A stretch of DNA of 64,000 bases from Bacillota bacterium. Lineage in GTDB: Bacteria > Bacillota > Sulfobacillia > UBA3575 > DUQP01. Position 1 is the first letter of the stretch; each line of letters opens with the position of its first letter. The translations under genes were made by a program, and so were the position numbers. Below, piece by piece: positions 28,373-38,877 of this stretch. The stretch is taken from the NCBI GenBank assembly GCA_012837735.1, contig DUQP01000036.1, positions 7,152 through 71,151 on the forward strand, read 5' to 3'. The notes beneath the pieces were generated by a model, which did not search any database, was not told where the DNA came from, and was given only the letters and a program-made list of their open reading frames with translations.

Positions 28373-29194
28373 TCAAGACAAGAACAACCACACCAAAGCC
28401 GTCAGGCCCACTCCCCAACAATACCATGCAAACACGCTCAACCGCCCTTGCGCTAACAACCGGAGCAACCATACAATTGCTAATAGCCCGGCCAGGGCGG
28501 ACGTGGCCATGCCCACCGTCAATGCCCCGGCTTGTGCCTTAGCCATCAACAATCCCCCAGGTGTGGCGAGCAAATCAAGCATGTCCAAAAAAGCCGCCCC
28601 CAAAATGGCCGGAATGGACAACAAAAATGAATAGCGGGCGGCTGTTGCCGGTGTCAACTGGCGCCACATGCCGGCCGTAATCGTCAGGCCGGAGCGTGAG
28701 ATGCCGGGCAAAATCGCACAGGCCTGCATGATGCCGATCAACAATCCGTCGGTCATGCCCATGGCGCCTGCGAGACGTTGACCCCGCTTTATCCAACCCG
28801 TGCTAAACAGGATCAAACCCGTCACCAATAGCAACCCCGCCACCAGCACCGGATTGTTAAAGGTTTTTTCAAAGAAGTCTTTCCACAACAATCCCGCCAA
28901 ACCGGCCGGTATGCTCCCCAGCACCACCAACCATCCCAGTCTGCGCAGCACCAGCCCGTCGCTGTCAATTTTCCGGCCCGGCCAAAATGCCAACACAATG
29001 CCAAGCACATCGCGCCGGTAGACAATTAATACTGATAGCAATGTGCCCAGGTGCACCACGATCGGAAACGTCAAGCCAGGTTGCTCGATCCCGAACAAGC
29101 GCGCCGCCAGCACCAAATGGCCAGAGCTACTAATAGGCAAAAACTCCGTCAACCCTTGCACAAGGCCCAGGATTGCCGCCGTCATCAATGTCAT
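28373..29194 (-). CDS. uppP: Undecaprenyl-diphosphatase UppP/BacA
   Basis: 273 aa; signature [13 protein letters not shown]. Confidence 0.9.
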   Translation of the reverse strand: MTLMTAAILGLVQGLTEFLPISSSGHLVLAARLFGIEQPGLTFPIVVHLGTLLSVLIVYRRDVLGIVLAFWPGRKIDSDGLVLRRLGWLVVLGSIPAGLAGLLWKDFFEKTFNNPVLVAGLLLVTGLILFSTGWIKRGQRLAGAMGMTDGLLIGIMQACAILPGISRSGLTITAGMWRQLTPATAARYSFLLSIPAILGAAFLDMLDLLATPGGLLMAKAQAGALTVGMATSALAGLLAIVWLLRLLAQGRLSVFAWYCWGVGLTALVWLFLS

Positions 29195-29212
29195 ATTTCG
29201 GCCTCCTCACGA

Positions 29213-30169
29213 TTAACGTGGTACCAGCCACCGCACCAGGGTCAATAGCGGTTTCAAAAAAGCAATCCCCATCACGACCGTAGCGAGGTTAAAAAATGTT
29301 TGCAAATTAGCCAGGCACCGCTCCGGGCCTAAGATGTACCAGCCACACAGCCATAACAACTGTCTGACCCAGGGAATAGCCAAAGCCACTCCCAAAATAT
29401 TGAACATCAAGTGAAAGATCGCCAACCGGCGCGCTTCCCGGCCTCGCCCACTGGCCGCCAGCAGAGCGGTCACGCAGGTGCCGATATTGCTGCCCAACAC
29501 CATCCCGGCCGCTCCCAACATTGGTATCACTCCGCCCGCTGCCAGCCCCATGGCCAAACCGGTGACAGCGCTACTGCTCTGCAAAATGCCGGTCACGACC
29601 GTTCCAGCAGCCAACCCGGAATAAAAATTGGCGCCGCCGTGTAATAATCCTGCTGCCGGTGTGGCGCTTGCGAAAACAACCATCAACTCCAGACCAACGA
29701 ATACCAGGCCCAATCCGCCGCAGCAGTAAGCACACAGCCGGCCGCGCTTGCCCCCCAGCATACTGACCATGGCCAATAAAAACAACAGTGGACTAAATAG
29801 CAAAGGCCGCCAGGCAGCGATCTGTCCGGTGACAGTTGTGCCCAGATTGGCACCCAGCACCAACAGGGCAGCGGCGGGCAACGGCACGATACCCGCCTCA
29901 GTCAGGGACACGACAATCACGCTCACGGCGCTACTGCTTTGCACCAGGGCAGTCACCAATATACCGGTCACCACCGCCAACCAGGGTCGACGACCCCACT
30001 TCCGCACCACTCTGTGCAACGAATCACCGGCCAAGCCATGCAGTCCCGATCGCAGCCCAGCCAAGCCGCCCCAAAAAACCAGCAACCCGAACAGGACCCC
30101 GCCCCATGCCACACTCGCACTGACCACCGGCCCCGCCTCCCTGCCAATAACCCTATGTGAAAAACACAA
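29213..30169 (-). CDS. Na+/phosphate symporter family protein (NptA/PNaS-like, short form)
   Basis: 318 aa polytopic with a duplicated QSSSA motif. Confidence 0.65.
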   Translation of the reverse strand: MCFSHRVIGREAGPVVSASVAWGGVLFGLLVFWGGLAGLRSGLHGLAGDSLHRVVRKWGRRPWLAVVTGILVTALVQSSSAVSVIVVSLTEAGIVPLPAAALLVLGANLGTTVTGQIAAWRPLLFSPLLFLLAMVSMLGGKRGRLCAYCCGGLGLVFVGLELMVVFASATPAAGLLHGGANFYSGLAAGTVVTGILQSSSAVTGLAMGLAAGGVIPMLGAAGMVLGSNIGTCVTALLAASGRGREARRLAIFHLMFNILGVALAIPWVRQLLWLCGWYILGPERCLANLQTFFNLATVVMGIAFLKPLLTLVRWLVPR

Positions 30170-30195
30170 GGCTTAGCAGGGTTTCCATCCTCTGG

Positions 30196-30243
30196 ATTAT
30201 ACCATAAAAAGGCCCATCCCCCACAATTACTTGGGGGATGGGC
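30196..30243 (-). promoter_or_regulatory. Terminator of the tepA-ylzJ unit followed immediately by an extended -10 promoter (TGGTATAAT) for the Na/Pi symporter gene
   Basis: Minus strand: GCCCATCCCCC-aagtaattgt-GGGGGATGGGC then CTTTTTATGG, then TATAAT with a TG extension 30 nt upstream of the symporter start. Confidence 0.5.
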
Positions 30244-30255
30244 TAATAGCGTGCT

Positions 30256-30471
30256 TCACTGCAGGGGCAATTCCACTATCTGCCCTGGAGCCCATTGGGC
30301 ATCCAAAAAATCCTGCGGGTCTGTGCTCAGCAGGCGAACCAGTCTCCAGCGGTGCTCACCGTTTTGCCGGGCAACAATTACCCACCTGCCGCGGTAGGAG
30401 CAGGTCTTTTGCTGTTCGTTCCCAGCTTGCCATAACACCTGTTCCAAAGGCACCGGCGTATAAATGATCAA
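30256..30471 (-). CDS. ylzJ: YlzJ-like protein
   Basis: 71 aa conserved small protein located between tepA and ftsK, as in B. subtilis; overlaps the tepA stop. Confidence 0.65.
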   Translation of the reverse strand: MIIYTPVPLEQVLWQAGNEQQKTCSYRGRWVIVARQNGEHRWRLVRLLSTDPQDFLDAQWAPGQIVELPLQ

Positions 30472-31313
30472 TGCAGCCTCGCCTCCGCAGGCATTCCCGG
30501 CCCCAAGGCAGGGCCGGTGCCAATCTCCTCCGGCGGGTGGAATGCCTGTCGCAGCCGTTGCACGGCCAAATCCAGGCCCCCTACCGCGTCAATCAGGCCT
30601 TCCGCAACCGCATCCCTGCCCACCAACACCGTCCCAATGTCCCGGGCCAAGCCACCGGTACTGAACATCAATTCCCGAAACCGTTCCTCGGGACAACGCG
30701 AATGCGCAACGACGAATTGGATCACTCTATCCTGCATTTTATCCAAATACTCGTACGTCTGCGGCACACCGATCACCAGACCGGATAGACGGATCGGGTG
30801 GATAGTCATGGTCGCCGTGGGCGCGATAATGGAATAATCACAGGCCACCCCAATCGGTACCCCAATCGAGTGACCACCACCCAGCACGATGGAAACGGTC
30901 GGTTTGCTGAGACTGGCCAATAGCTCGGCAATGGCCAGGCCCGCTTCCACATCGCCTCCCACCGTGTTCAAAATCACCAACAACCCTTTCACATCTGGAT
31001 TCTGCTCAATGGCCACCAACTGCGGAATCACATGTTCATATTTTGTTGTCTTGTTTTGCGATGGTAGCACCATGTGTCCCTCGATTTGTCCAATAATACT
31101 GAGGGTATGTATATCACTGGCAGGCTTCGGCAGTTGCACCGTGCCCAACTCTGTGATGGCCTCCACTTCTTCAGCCATCCGCTCCTGGTCCTGCACAGGG
31201 CGTTGCACATCGCTGCCTCTATTTACGCGTACCCGCTTGCGCCGTGGAGCCATTTGTTGATATGAGTGCCGCTTCCGCATTAGGCGCACCAATTTCTCAC
31301 CCTTTCCGATCAC
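30468..31313 (-). CDS. tepA: ClpP-family translocation-enhancing protein TepA
   Basis: ClpP/crotonase fold ([22 protein letters not shown]...); synteny rnjB-tepA-ylzJ-ftsK. Confidence 0.8.
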   Translation of the reverse strand: MIGKGEKLVRLMRKRHSYQQMAPRRKRVRVNRGSDVQRPVQDQERMAEEVEAITELGTVQLPKPASDIHTLSIIGQIEGHMVLPSQNKTTKYEHVIPQLVAIEQNPDVKGLLVILNTVGGDVEAGLAIAELLASLSKPTVSIVLGGGHSIGVPIGVACDYSIIAPTATMTIHPIRLSGLVIGVPQTYEYLDKMQDRVIQFVVAHSRCPEERFRELMFSTGGLARDIGTVLVGRDAVAEGLIDAVGGLDLAVQRLRQAFHPPEEIGTGPALGPGMPAEARLH

Positions 31314-31396
31314 AATCCAAAACCTCTCCCCTATTATCCGAAAGGATGGCCCAAGTCATACGAGGGAGCGACCGTCTTGGCCACTCCCCCGTCAGA

Positions 31397-33130
31397 TTAG
31401 ACCTCCATTATGATCGGCAGGATCATCGGCCTGCGCCTTGTTCGCTCATAAAGGTACTGGCCAAGCACATCCCGCAGCTTTGATTTTAACGCTGACCATT
31501 CTGCCACACAATCTGCCTCTTCGTCCAAAGCCGCCCGGACCCGTTGCTTGGCTTCCTCCAACAGTTCTTCCGATTCCCGCACATAAACGAAGCCCCGTGA
31601 TACGATTTCTGGCCCAGCCAGCAACTGTTGACCGGCTTTGTCTATCGCCACGACTACGATCAAAATGCCGTCTTGCGACAGTTGTCTGCGGTCCCGCAAG
31701 ACTATGTTGCCCACATCACCGATCCCCAAGCCGTCTACCAACACATTCCCGGCCGGCACTTTACCCGTGATGGCACCCTTATCCCGACTAAACTCAAAAA
31801 CGGAACCATTCTCACCCACGAAAATATTTTCGGGCGCAATCCCCATTTCTTGAGCTAATGCGGCGTGATGGACCAAATGCCGGTATTCGCCATGGATCGG
31901 GATAAAATATTTTGGCCGCACCAAATTAAACAGCAATTTCAACTCTTCCCGGCTGGCATGGCCGGACACGTGCACGCCTGATTCAGCGCCATAAATCACA
32001 CTTGCCCCAAGGCGAAACAGGTTGTCCGTTGTGCGCTGGACCAGCTTTTCATTCCCTGGAACGGGGTTGGCAGCAATAATCACGGTATCACCAGGCACAA
32101 TTTCCACTCTCCGGTGCTCGTTCAAGGACATGCGTGTCAGTCCTGACATGGGCTCGCCCTGACTGCCGGTCGTCAGAATCACAGCCTGGCGATGGGGCAG
32201 ACGCGCTAATTCATCCATAGTCACGAGCACGTTCTCGGGCACATTGATGTAACCTAGTTCCACCGCAACATTAACCGTGTTTTCCATGTTACGACCGATC
32301 ACAGCCACCTTCCGCCCGTTTTGACCGGCAGCCTCAATCACCTGCTGAATCCGATGAACGTTGGACGCAAAAGTGGCAACCAGCACACGCTGTTCAGCCT
32401 GGCTGATAATCTCCAGCAACCGGCGGCCGACTACCTTCTCAGACTGAGTGTATCCCTCTTTTTCCGCGTTAGTACTATCTGACATCAACACCAATACGCC
32501 TCGGTCACCCAGTTCCGCCAGTTTGCCAAAATCGGAAATTTCGTCGTCCACTGGTGTCTGATCGAATTTGAAATCCCCGCTATGCAAGATAGTGCCCACC
32601 GGCGTATGGATGGCCAGACCCACTACATCTGCAATGCTATGGTTCATGCGGAAAAATTCCACTTCAATGTCGCCGACCGTCAGGCACTCGCCCGCCGAAA
32701 CCACCTGTGAACCGGGCGGCAACTTCAGGCCACTATCGCACAGCTTGCGCTCCAGCAAGCCCATTGTGAGACGGGTGCCAAACACCGGCACATTGATCTG
32801 GGGTAGCAAAAACGGTAGTGCTCCGATATGATCCTCATGTCCGTGCGTCAACACGATGGCCCGAATCTGGGCTGAGTTGGCCAATAGGAAAGAGATATCC
32901 GGGATCACCACGTCGATCCCCAGCATCTCCTCTTCCGGAAAAGCTAACCCGGCATCCACGACCAAAATGTCATCTCGATAACAGATGGCCATCATGTTTT
33001 TGCCGATCTCCCCAAGTCCCCCTAGTGTTACAATTTTTAGTTTATCTCCTAGCAACTTTAAATTTTCACCCCCTTTTCCTTTGTGACGAATCACAAATAG
33101 TTTTTCTACCACCAAAAGGACGCAAACCAA
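31397..33130 (-). CDS. rnj: Ribonuclease J (metallo-beta-lactamase/beta-CASP)
   Basis: 577 aa; HxHxDH motif (HGHEDHIG), beta-CASP and C-terminal domain. Confidence 0.9.
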   Translation of the reverse strand: MVCVLLVVEKLFVIRHKGKGGENLKLLGDKLKIVTLGGLGEIGKNMMAICYRDDILVVDAGLAFPEEEMLGIDVVIPDISFLLANSAQIRAIVLTHGHEDHIGALPFLLPQINVPVFGTRLTMGLLERKLCDSGLKLPPGSQVVSAGECLTVGDIEVEFFRMNHSIADVVGLAIHTPVGTILHSGDFKFDQTPVDDEISDFGKLAELGDRGVLVLMSDSTNAEKEGYTQSEKVVGRRLLEIISQAEQRVLVATFASNVHRIQQVIEAAGQNGRKVAVIGRNMENTVNVAVELGYINVPENVLVTMDELARLPHRQAVILTTGSQGEPMSGLTRMSLNEHRRVEIVPGDTVIIAANPVPGNEKLVQRTTDNLFRLGASVIYGAESGVHVSGHASREELKLLFNLVRPKYFIPIHGEYRHLVHHAALAQEMGIAPENIFVGENGSVFEFSRDKGAITGKVPAGNVLVDGLGIGDVGNIVLRDRRQLSQDGILIVVVAIDKAGQQLLAGPEIVSRGFVYVRESEELLEEAKQRVRAALDEEADCVAEWSALKSKLRDVLGQYLYERTRRRPMILPIIMEV

Positions 33131-33213
33131 CGCTGCGCCCTAAAAATCCAGCTCCAAAAGAAACCCCTGCCTCCAGAAACCGTTCCGGAGCGCAGGGACC
33201 GGTAGACGTTATT

Positions 33214-33268
33214 ATTATACATAAATGTGCACAAAAAGTAAAATTCGGGCGGCATCCTGCTGCCGCCC
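33214..33268 (-). promoter_or_regulatory. dapA operon terminator (GGGCGGCAgcaggaTGCCGCCC + T-tract) followed by a putative rnj promoter (TTTACT-N17-TATAAT)
   Basis: Read from the minus strand; the terminator stem maps to 33247-33268, the -35 to 33237-33242 and the -10 to 33214-33219. Confidence 0.5.
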
Positions 33269-33276
33269 TTTCTCTT

Positions 33277-34173
33277 TTAAATCAGCCCTTGTGCGCGCAT
33301 AGCTTCTTTTAGTACAGCCATCTGCGTTTCCGTTGCCTCCACCAGCGGTGGCCGGAAACCGCCACAGGGGAAGCCGACATAACGCAGAGAAGTTTTAATC
33401 GGGATGGGGTTAGTGGTGCAGAAAATTGCCCTGTTGATTGGGAATACCTCCGCATGAATTGCCGCCGCGGTACGAACGTCACCAGCCGTGAAGGCTTGGA
33501 TCATTGCCATCATGCGATCGGCAATCAAGTGACCGGATACGCTCACCACGCCATGTCCTCCGACCGCCAAAATCGGCAGGGTGAGGCTATCATCGCCACT
33601 CAGCACATAGAAATCCTCCGGAACAGAGCGAATGATTTCTGAAACCTGGTCCAGGTCGCCACTGGCTTCCTTTAGCGCCACAATGTTGTCGATTTCCGCC
33701 AAACGCTTTACCGTTTCGGGTAACAGATTGGAAGCGGTCCGCCCGGGCACATTATATAACATCACTGGTAGGCTGGTCGCTTCCGCCACTGCCTTGAAGT
33801 GCTGATACATACCTTCCTGTGGGGGCTTGTTGTAAGCCGGTACGACCAGCAGAACTCCATCCACTCCCACCTTTTCCGCCTCTTTAGTGAGAGCGATGCT
33901 GGCAGCGGTGTCGTTGCTGCCCGTGCCGCCCCAAACCGGTACCCGCGCTCCAACTGCCGCCACCACCGCTGCCATCAAGCGCAGCTTTTCTTCCACGGTC
34001 AGTGTCACCGCTTCCCCCGTTGAACCACTAACCAACAGGCCATCAGAGCCCAAATCGACCAACCGCCGCGCCAGTTCCTGCGCGCGCTGATAATCGACCT
34101 GCAGGTTTTCATCGAACGGTGTCACCATGGCAGTGATAACCCTGCTCATCTCTTTCACAGGCCACACCCCCAA
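33277..34173 (-). CDS. dapA: 4-hydroxy-tetrahydrodipicolinate synthase
   Basis: 298 aa; DapA-type TIM barrel with Schiff-base Lys region. Confidence 0.9.
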   Translation of the reverse strand: MGVWPVKEMSRVITAMVTPFDENLQVDYQRAQELARRLVDLGSDGLLVSGSTGEAVTLTVEEKLRLMAAVVAAVGARVPVWGGTGSNDTAASIALTKEAEKVGVDGVLLVVPAYNKPPQEGMYQHFKAVAEATSLPVMLYNVPGRTASNLLPETVKRLAEIDNIVALKEASGDLDQVSEIIRSVPEDFYVLSGDDSLTLPILAVGGHGVVSVSGHLIADRMMAMIQAFTAGDVRTAAAIHAEVFPINRAIFCTTNPIPIKTSLRYVGFPCGGFRPPLVEATETQMAVLKEAMRAQGLI

Positions 34174-34174
34174 A

Positions 34175-35434
34175 TTATAATCCGTTCCCTCCCAGATCGA
34201 AAGCCCCGTGCAAAGCTCGCACAGCCGCTACCATCTCATCCTGCTTGACCAGGCAGGAAATCGTCACGTGCGAATCGGTGGAATGCCTGATCTGCACACC
34301 GGCGGCGTGTAAAGCGGTGACAACGCGCGCCATCACCCCGGGCACCCCCCGCATGCCAGAGCCCACCACAGACACTTTGGCACAATTTCTCTCCGCCTGA
34401 TAGGCCAATTCCAAATCAGCTAAAACATCCTGTGCTTTTCCCATCAGCTCTTCTTTGATAATAAAAATCTTTACCTCGGGTAAGACGGTAATCATATCAA
34501 GACTGATCCCAACCTCAGCCAGATTTTGGAATAGCCGCACTTCCGTATCATCCGCTACCGGCGCAGGCGTGAACACCTTTAGCTGCGCCATCTCTGGGAT
34601 CTGCGTCACCCCGGTCACTACCCGCTCATGACCCTGCTGACCCCAGATATCCTGGCTTTGGTAATTGTATGTGATCATGGTACCGGGCTGATCTGAGGTA
34701 GTGGACCGGATTTGCAACGGTATGTTGCGGCGCATGGCGATCTCCACCGCCCGGGGGTGAATCACTTTCGCTCCCTCATGGGCCATTTGGCAAATTTCAT
34801 CGTAAGTAATCACAGGTAGCGTACGTGCCTCCGGGACAATGCGCGGGTCGGCAGTCTTGATTCCTTCCACGTCCGTGAAAATGTCGATCCGTTCCGCTGC
34901 CAAAGCGACACCTAGGGCGGCGGCGGTTGTGTCGCTGCCACCCCTGCCCAACGTGGTAATCTCGCCAGTCTCGGCCGCGCCTTGGAATCCCGCCACGATT
35001 ACAATTCGGCCTGCACGCAAGTGTTTCAAGATCGATTCCGGCTCCACCCGTTTGATGGTCGCATTTGTGAAACAATCGTCCGTCAAGATGCCGGCCTGGG
35101 CGCCAGTCAATACCGTCGCATCGTATCCGTGTGCTTTCAATGTATTGGCCATCACGACAGCCGAGATTATCTCACCGCAGGACACCAGCAGATCCATCTC
35201 GCGCGGATTCGGATCCTGACAGCCCGATTGCGCAATCTTGATGAACGTGTCCGTGGCATACGGGTCACCGGCCCGTCCCATGGCAGAGACCACTACCACC
35301 GGGCTGAAACCCTCTTGCACAGCTTTTATTACATGGCCGACCGCCTGTTCCCGTAACTCAGGCGTGGCAACGGATGTACCGCCAAATTTTTGAATCAAAA
35401 TACGCATTCTCTTCTCCTCCCCTAGCACCATCAA
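34175..35434 (-). CDS. lysC: Aspartate kinase
   Basis: 419 aa; amino acid kinase domain (ILIQKFGGTSV) and C-terminal ACT domains. Confidence 0.9.
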   Translation of the reverse strand: MMVLGEEKRMRILIQKFGGTSVATPELREQAVGHVIKAVQEGFSPVVVVSAMGRAGDPYATDTFIKIAQSGCQDPNPREMDLLVSCGEIISAVVMANTLKAHGYDATVLTGAQAGILTDDCFTNATIKRVEPESILKHLRAGRIVIVAGFQGAAETGEITTLGRGGSDTTAAALGVALAAERIDIFTDVEGIKTADPRIVPEARTLPVITYDEICQMAHEGAKVIHPRAVEIAMRRNIPLQIRSTTSDQPGTMITYNYQSQDIWGQQGHERVVTGVTQIPEMAQLKVFTPAPVADDTEVRLFQNLAEVGISLDMITVLPEVKIFIIKEELMGKAQDVLADLELAYQAERNCAKVSVVGSGMRGVPGVMARVVTALHAAGVQIRHSTDSHVTISCLVKQDEMVAAVRALHGAFDLGGNGL

Positions 35435-36447
35435 GCCGGCAAGAGACCTTTCGCCAACATGTATTCCGCGATCTGGATGGCGTTTGTGGCCGCCCCTTTG
35501 CGTAGATTATCAGCTACAACCCACATCAGCAGACCGTTCGGCCGATCCAGGTCCTCCCTGATTCTTCCCACGCACACATCATCTGACCCTGCGCAATTAA
35601 TTGCCAGCGGATACTGATTGCCACTGGGGTCATCAAGCACCTTCACGCCCGCTTCCATCAGGATCTGCCTGGCCTGGGAAGCCGTCACTTTTTCTTCCGT
35701 CTCGATCCAAATTGATTCCGAGTGCCCATAGAGCACTGGTACCCGCACAGTAGTGGCTGCGATTTCAATGTGCTCATCACCCATGATTTTTCTTGTTTCT
35801 CGCACCATCTTCATTTCTTCCCCAGAATAGCCATCAGCACCAATGGTATCGATATGGGGGAGAACGTTGAAGGCAATTTGGTGTGGATACACAACCGGCT
35901 CCACTGCTTGGCCCTCTAAAATCGCCCGGCTTTGACTGATCAATTCCTGCAGGGCCAAAAGGCCGCTGCCGGAAACGGCCTGATATGTGGACACGACGAT
36001 CCGTTTTAGTCCCGCCCGGCGCCGGATTGGTTCCAACGCCACCACCATCTGAATGGTGGAACAGTTTGGGCTGGCGATGATTCCCTGATGCTGGTGAATG
36101 TCATTGGGATTTACTTCCGGTACCACCAATGGCACCGCTGGATCCATCCGGAAGGCATTGCTTTTGTCAATCACAACTGCTCCCCGCGCCACCGCCTGGG
36201 GCGCCAGTTCCCGTGAGACCTGGGTATTGGCGCAGAAAAACGCCAGGTCAACCGCAGCGAACGCATCCGCTGCGGCTTCCTGGATCTGATACTCCCGCCC
36301 GCCTAGCTGCACTGTCTGACCAGCCGAGCGCGCCGATGCCATCGGTACTAAATCCGCCAACGGAAACCCGCGCTGTTCCAGCAGGGTGAGGAATTGCCGT
36401 CCGACGGCGCCTGTAACGCCTACAATGGCAACGCGTAAATCTGGCAA
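35431..36447 (-). CDS. asd: Aspartate-semialdehyde dehydrogenase
   Basis: 338 aa; NAD-binding VAIVGVTGAVG and catalytic SNCSTI. Confidence 0.9.
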   Translation of the reverse strand: MPDLRVAIVGVTGAVGRQFLTLLEQRGFPLADLVPMASARSAGQTVQLGGREYQIQEAAADAFAAVDLAFFCANTQVSRELAPQAVARGAVVIDKSNAFRMDPAVPLVVPEVNPNDIHQHQGIIASPNCSTIQMVVALEPIRRRAGLKRIVVSTYQAVSGSGLLALQELISQSRAILEGQAVEPVVYPHQIAFNVLPHIDTIGADGYSGEEMKMVRETRKIMGDEHIEIAATTVRVPVLYGHSESIWIETEEKVTASQARQILMEAGVKVLDDPSGNQYPLAINCAGSDDVCVGRIREDLDRPNGLLMWVVADNLRKGAATNAIQIAEYMLAKGLLPA

Positions 36448-36478
36448 GTTCTCTCCTCCCTTTCCTCACCGATCACTA

Positions 36479-37090
36479 TTAATCATAAGATACCAACAAT
36501 GGTTGGATTTGTCTCCCATCAAGTGCCGCCTCAATTGTCGCAATCAATTTCTCCATATTAGCTACTAATGATTTCGGTTTGCTCTGCGGGTTATCCTGTC
36601 CAAACGGCACAAAATAGACATTCCGCGCCACCAAGAGAGCACCGATGTTCCTGGCGTTTAACCCCAGCCCATCGTTAGTGGACATAGCCAACACCACCGG
36701 CCGTTCATTGCGGAGGTGCGCTTTCACCGTCATGGTCACCACGCTATCTGTGATAGCATGGGCAATCTTGGCCAGCGTGTTGCCGGTGCAAGGTGCCACT
36801 ACCACCACATCAAACAACTGTTGCGGTCCGATCGGCTCCACCTCGACAATGGAAGTAAGAGCCCTTGTTCCTGTGGCGGCTTCTAGAGCCTGCCGCCAGT
36901 GGGACGCTGTACCAAATCTGGTATCCGTGTTGGCAACTGCCTCGGAAAGGATTGGCACCACCTTGGCACCCGTTGCCACGACCGCCGCCACGCTCGGCAT
37001 GACATCAGCCAGAGTGCAGTGCGAGCCACATAAGGCAAAACCAACCCTTTTCCCCTCAAGTTTCAATCCCAGGTTCCTCCCCTGCCGCAA
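36479..37090 (-). CDS. dpaB: Dipicolinate synthase subunit B (flavoprotein, SpoVFB)
   Basis: 203 aa flavoprotein fold (GFALCGSHCTL..) immediately after dpaA. Confidence 0.8.
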   Translation of the reverse strand: MRQGRNLGLKLEGKRVGFALCGSHCTLADVMPSVAAVVATGAKVVPILSEAVANTDTRFGTASHWRQALEAATGTRALTSIVEVEPIGPQQLFDVVVVAPCTGNTLAKIAHAITDSVVTMTVKAHLRNERPVVLAMSTNDGLGLNARNIGALLVARNVYFVPFGQDNPQSKPKSLVANMEKLIATIEAALDGRQIQPLLVSYD

Positions 37091-37986
37091 GTGATTACAG
37101 GGGGAGAATATTCAGGTAAGAACAGTCGCAAAACAGTTTCCGCAACAATCAAGCCCGCTGTGTGGGGCGCCACCCGGGCCGGCAGCCCCGGGGCCAATAC
37201 CGCCGGGATCCCCAACTGCGCAGCTGATGGGAAATCCACCCCGCCGGGATAAGAGGCCAAATCGATCACTACCGTCCCTGGTGGCAATCGCGAAAGCAAA
37301 CTGCGGTCCAATACCAAAGCCGGTACGGTGTTGAAGATCACCTCCGCCAGCTGGATGTAGTCTGCTAACTTGTTAAACGGGACCGCATGGTAACAGTGGG
37401 CAGCGATTTGCGCCAGAACCTCTGGCCGCCTTGCGGCCACCCAAACGTGGGCCCCAATTCCATGTAGCATCCTGGCCAGTGTGTTGCCGGTACGGCCAAA
37501 ACCGAGCACGAAAGCCTGCGCACCATGGATGGTAATCGGCATCCGTTCCATTGCCATGGCTATGGCGCCCTCCGCCGAAGGCACCGAGTTCAAGATAGCG
37601 AAATCATCTCGTTCCCGGAACTCCACTAACTTCCGGCCTACTTTAACCGCCAGACTACGCAACCAGGGCTGCGCCAAGCCGATGAAGAGTGGGCAATTAG
37701 CCGGCATACTGCGCAAGACGGTTTCGTTCAATACCGGTGCCGGTTTTTGCAAAGCATACACTCGACCCTCGCCATCGGTTCCCAGCACTGGCGCTAACAC
37801 CAGTTGCGCCTGGGCGACCGCCGCTACCGGGTCATCGGTTACATGCACCTTTTCTCTAAACCGCTCACTGTTGAGGCCACAAACGGTCAGCCTGGCACCC
37901 CAAGCCTGAAAAAATAGGGCCGCCTCTACCTCGCGGGCATCTCCGCCCAGCAGGCATATTTCAAGTCCTGCCAGTTTCTCCGTCAC
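37063..37986 (-). CDS. dpaA: Dipicolinate synthase subunit A (SpoVFA)
   Basis: 307 aa; Rossmann-like dehydrogenase domain; position ymxH-dpaA-dpaB-asd as in Bacillus. Confidence 0.8.
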   Translation of the reverse strand: MTEKLAGLEICLLGGDAREVEAALFFQAWGARLTVCGLNSERFREKVHVTDDPVAAVAQAQLVLAPVLGTDGEGRVYALQKPAPVLNETVLRSMPANCPLFIGLAQPWLRSLAVKVGRKLVEFRERDDFAILNSVPSAEGAIAMAMERMPITIHGAQAFVLGFGRTGNTLARMLHGIGAHVWVAARRPEVLAQIAAHCYHAVPFNKLADYIQLAEVIFNTVPALVLDRSLLSRLPPGTVVIDLASYPGGVDFPSAAQLGIPAVLAPGLPARVAPHTAGLIVAETVLRLFLPEYSPPVITCGRGGTWD

Positions 37987-38092
37987 GCAGCTCCCCCCTA
38001 TCGGTTACCCGTCGCCTGCGGCGTAGCAACGGGTTGAACCAATAGCATTATATGAAAACAAGGGTATTGCCAGTGACAGAAGGCTCCGCTTC

Positions 38093-38833
38093 TCAGTCCT
38101 GGAATAAAAACCCCTCTAAGCCCCATGTAATACCGGTGCTCTCCCGCACTGCCCGCACTGAGTGTAGCACCCCTGGCATAAAAGAACTGCGGCTGTTGCT
38201 ATCATGCCGGATGATGAGCGTTTCACCCAGGCCGCCAAACATGATCTCGTGGTGTGCCACCAGGCCCGGCAGGCGCACGCTATGAATAGGGCATTCTTTT
38301 CCCATGCTCTCCTCAACCCGATTTTGCAACCTGAGCGCAGTACCGGAAGGCGAATCGATTTTTTGGTCATGATGCAGTTCAATGATCTCGGCGTGATCGA
38401 AGAACCTCCCCACTTCAGCTGCCAGCTTCATCATTAACACAGCACCGATGGAAAAGTTCGGAATAATGGCCGCACTCAAACCCGTTTCGCGCACCAATTC
38501 TGCAATCGCATCCAAGTCGGCCTGTGGCAGGGCGGTAGTGCCAATAACCGGCCGGACACCATTTCGGAGAGCTTCCTGAGCCAGCCCGCCGGCCACATCC
38601 GGTTTGGTGAAATCAACCAGCACCTCTGGCTGAGCGGCAAGTGCCGGGGTGAGTTCGTCCAACACAGGTAATCCTACAGGGCGCACCCCGACCACCTCGC
38701 CAATATCCTGGCCGTGATGATCAGCAGCCACCGCTCCCACCAGTTCCATGTCATTGGCTCCCAATACCGCCCGCACGACCTCCTGACCCATCCTGCCCGT
38801 GGCCCCGGTAATTAACACCCGGATCTTCCCCAA
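38093..38833 (-). CDS. dapB: 4-hydroxy-tetrahydrodipicolinate reductase
   Basis: 246 aa; N-terminal NAD(P)-binding VLITGATGRMG. Confidence 0.9.
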   Translation of the reverse strand: MGKIRVLITGATGRMGQEVVRAVLGANDMELVGAVAADHHGQDIGEVVGVRPVGLPVLDELTPALAAQPEVLVDFTKPDVAGGLAQEALRNGVRPVIGTTALPQADLDAIAELVRETGLSAAIIPNFSIGAVLMMKLAAEVGRFFDHAEIIELHHDQKIDSPSGTALRLQNRVEESMGKECPIHSVRLPGLVAHHEIMFGGLGETLIIRHDSNSRSSFMPGVLHSVRAVRESTGITWGLEGFLFQD

Positions 38834-38877
38834 CTATTTCATCCCCTTTCCCACTCACGCTCATCAGCAGAGGGAAG

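Noticed and set aside
37987-38092. Possible sigma-K-type (AC-N17-CATA---TA) or sigma-A promoter for dpaA-dpaB in the dapB-dpaA spacer
   Set aside because: cATATAATg is present but neither consensus fits at correct spacing; too weak to annotate without TSS data.
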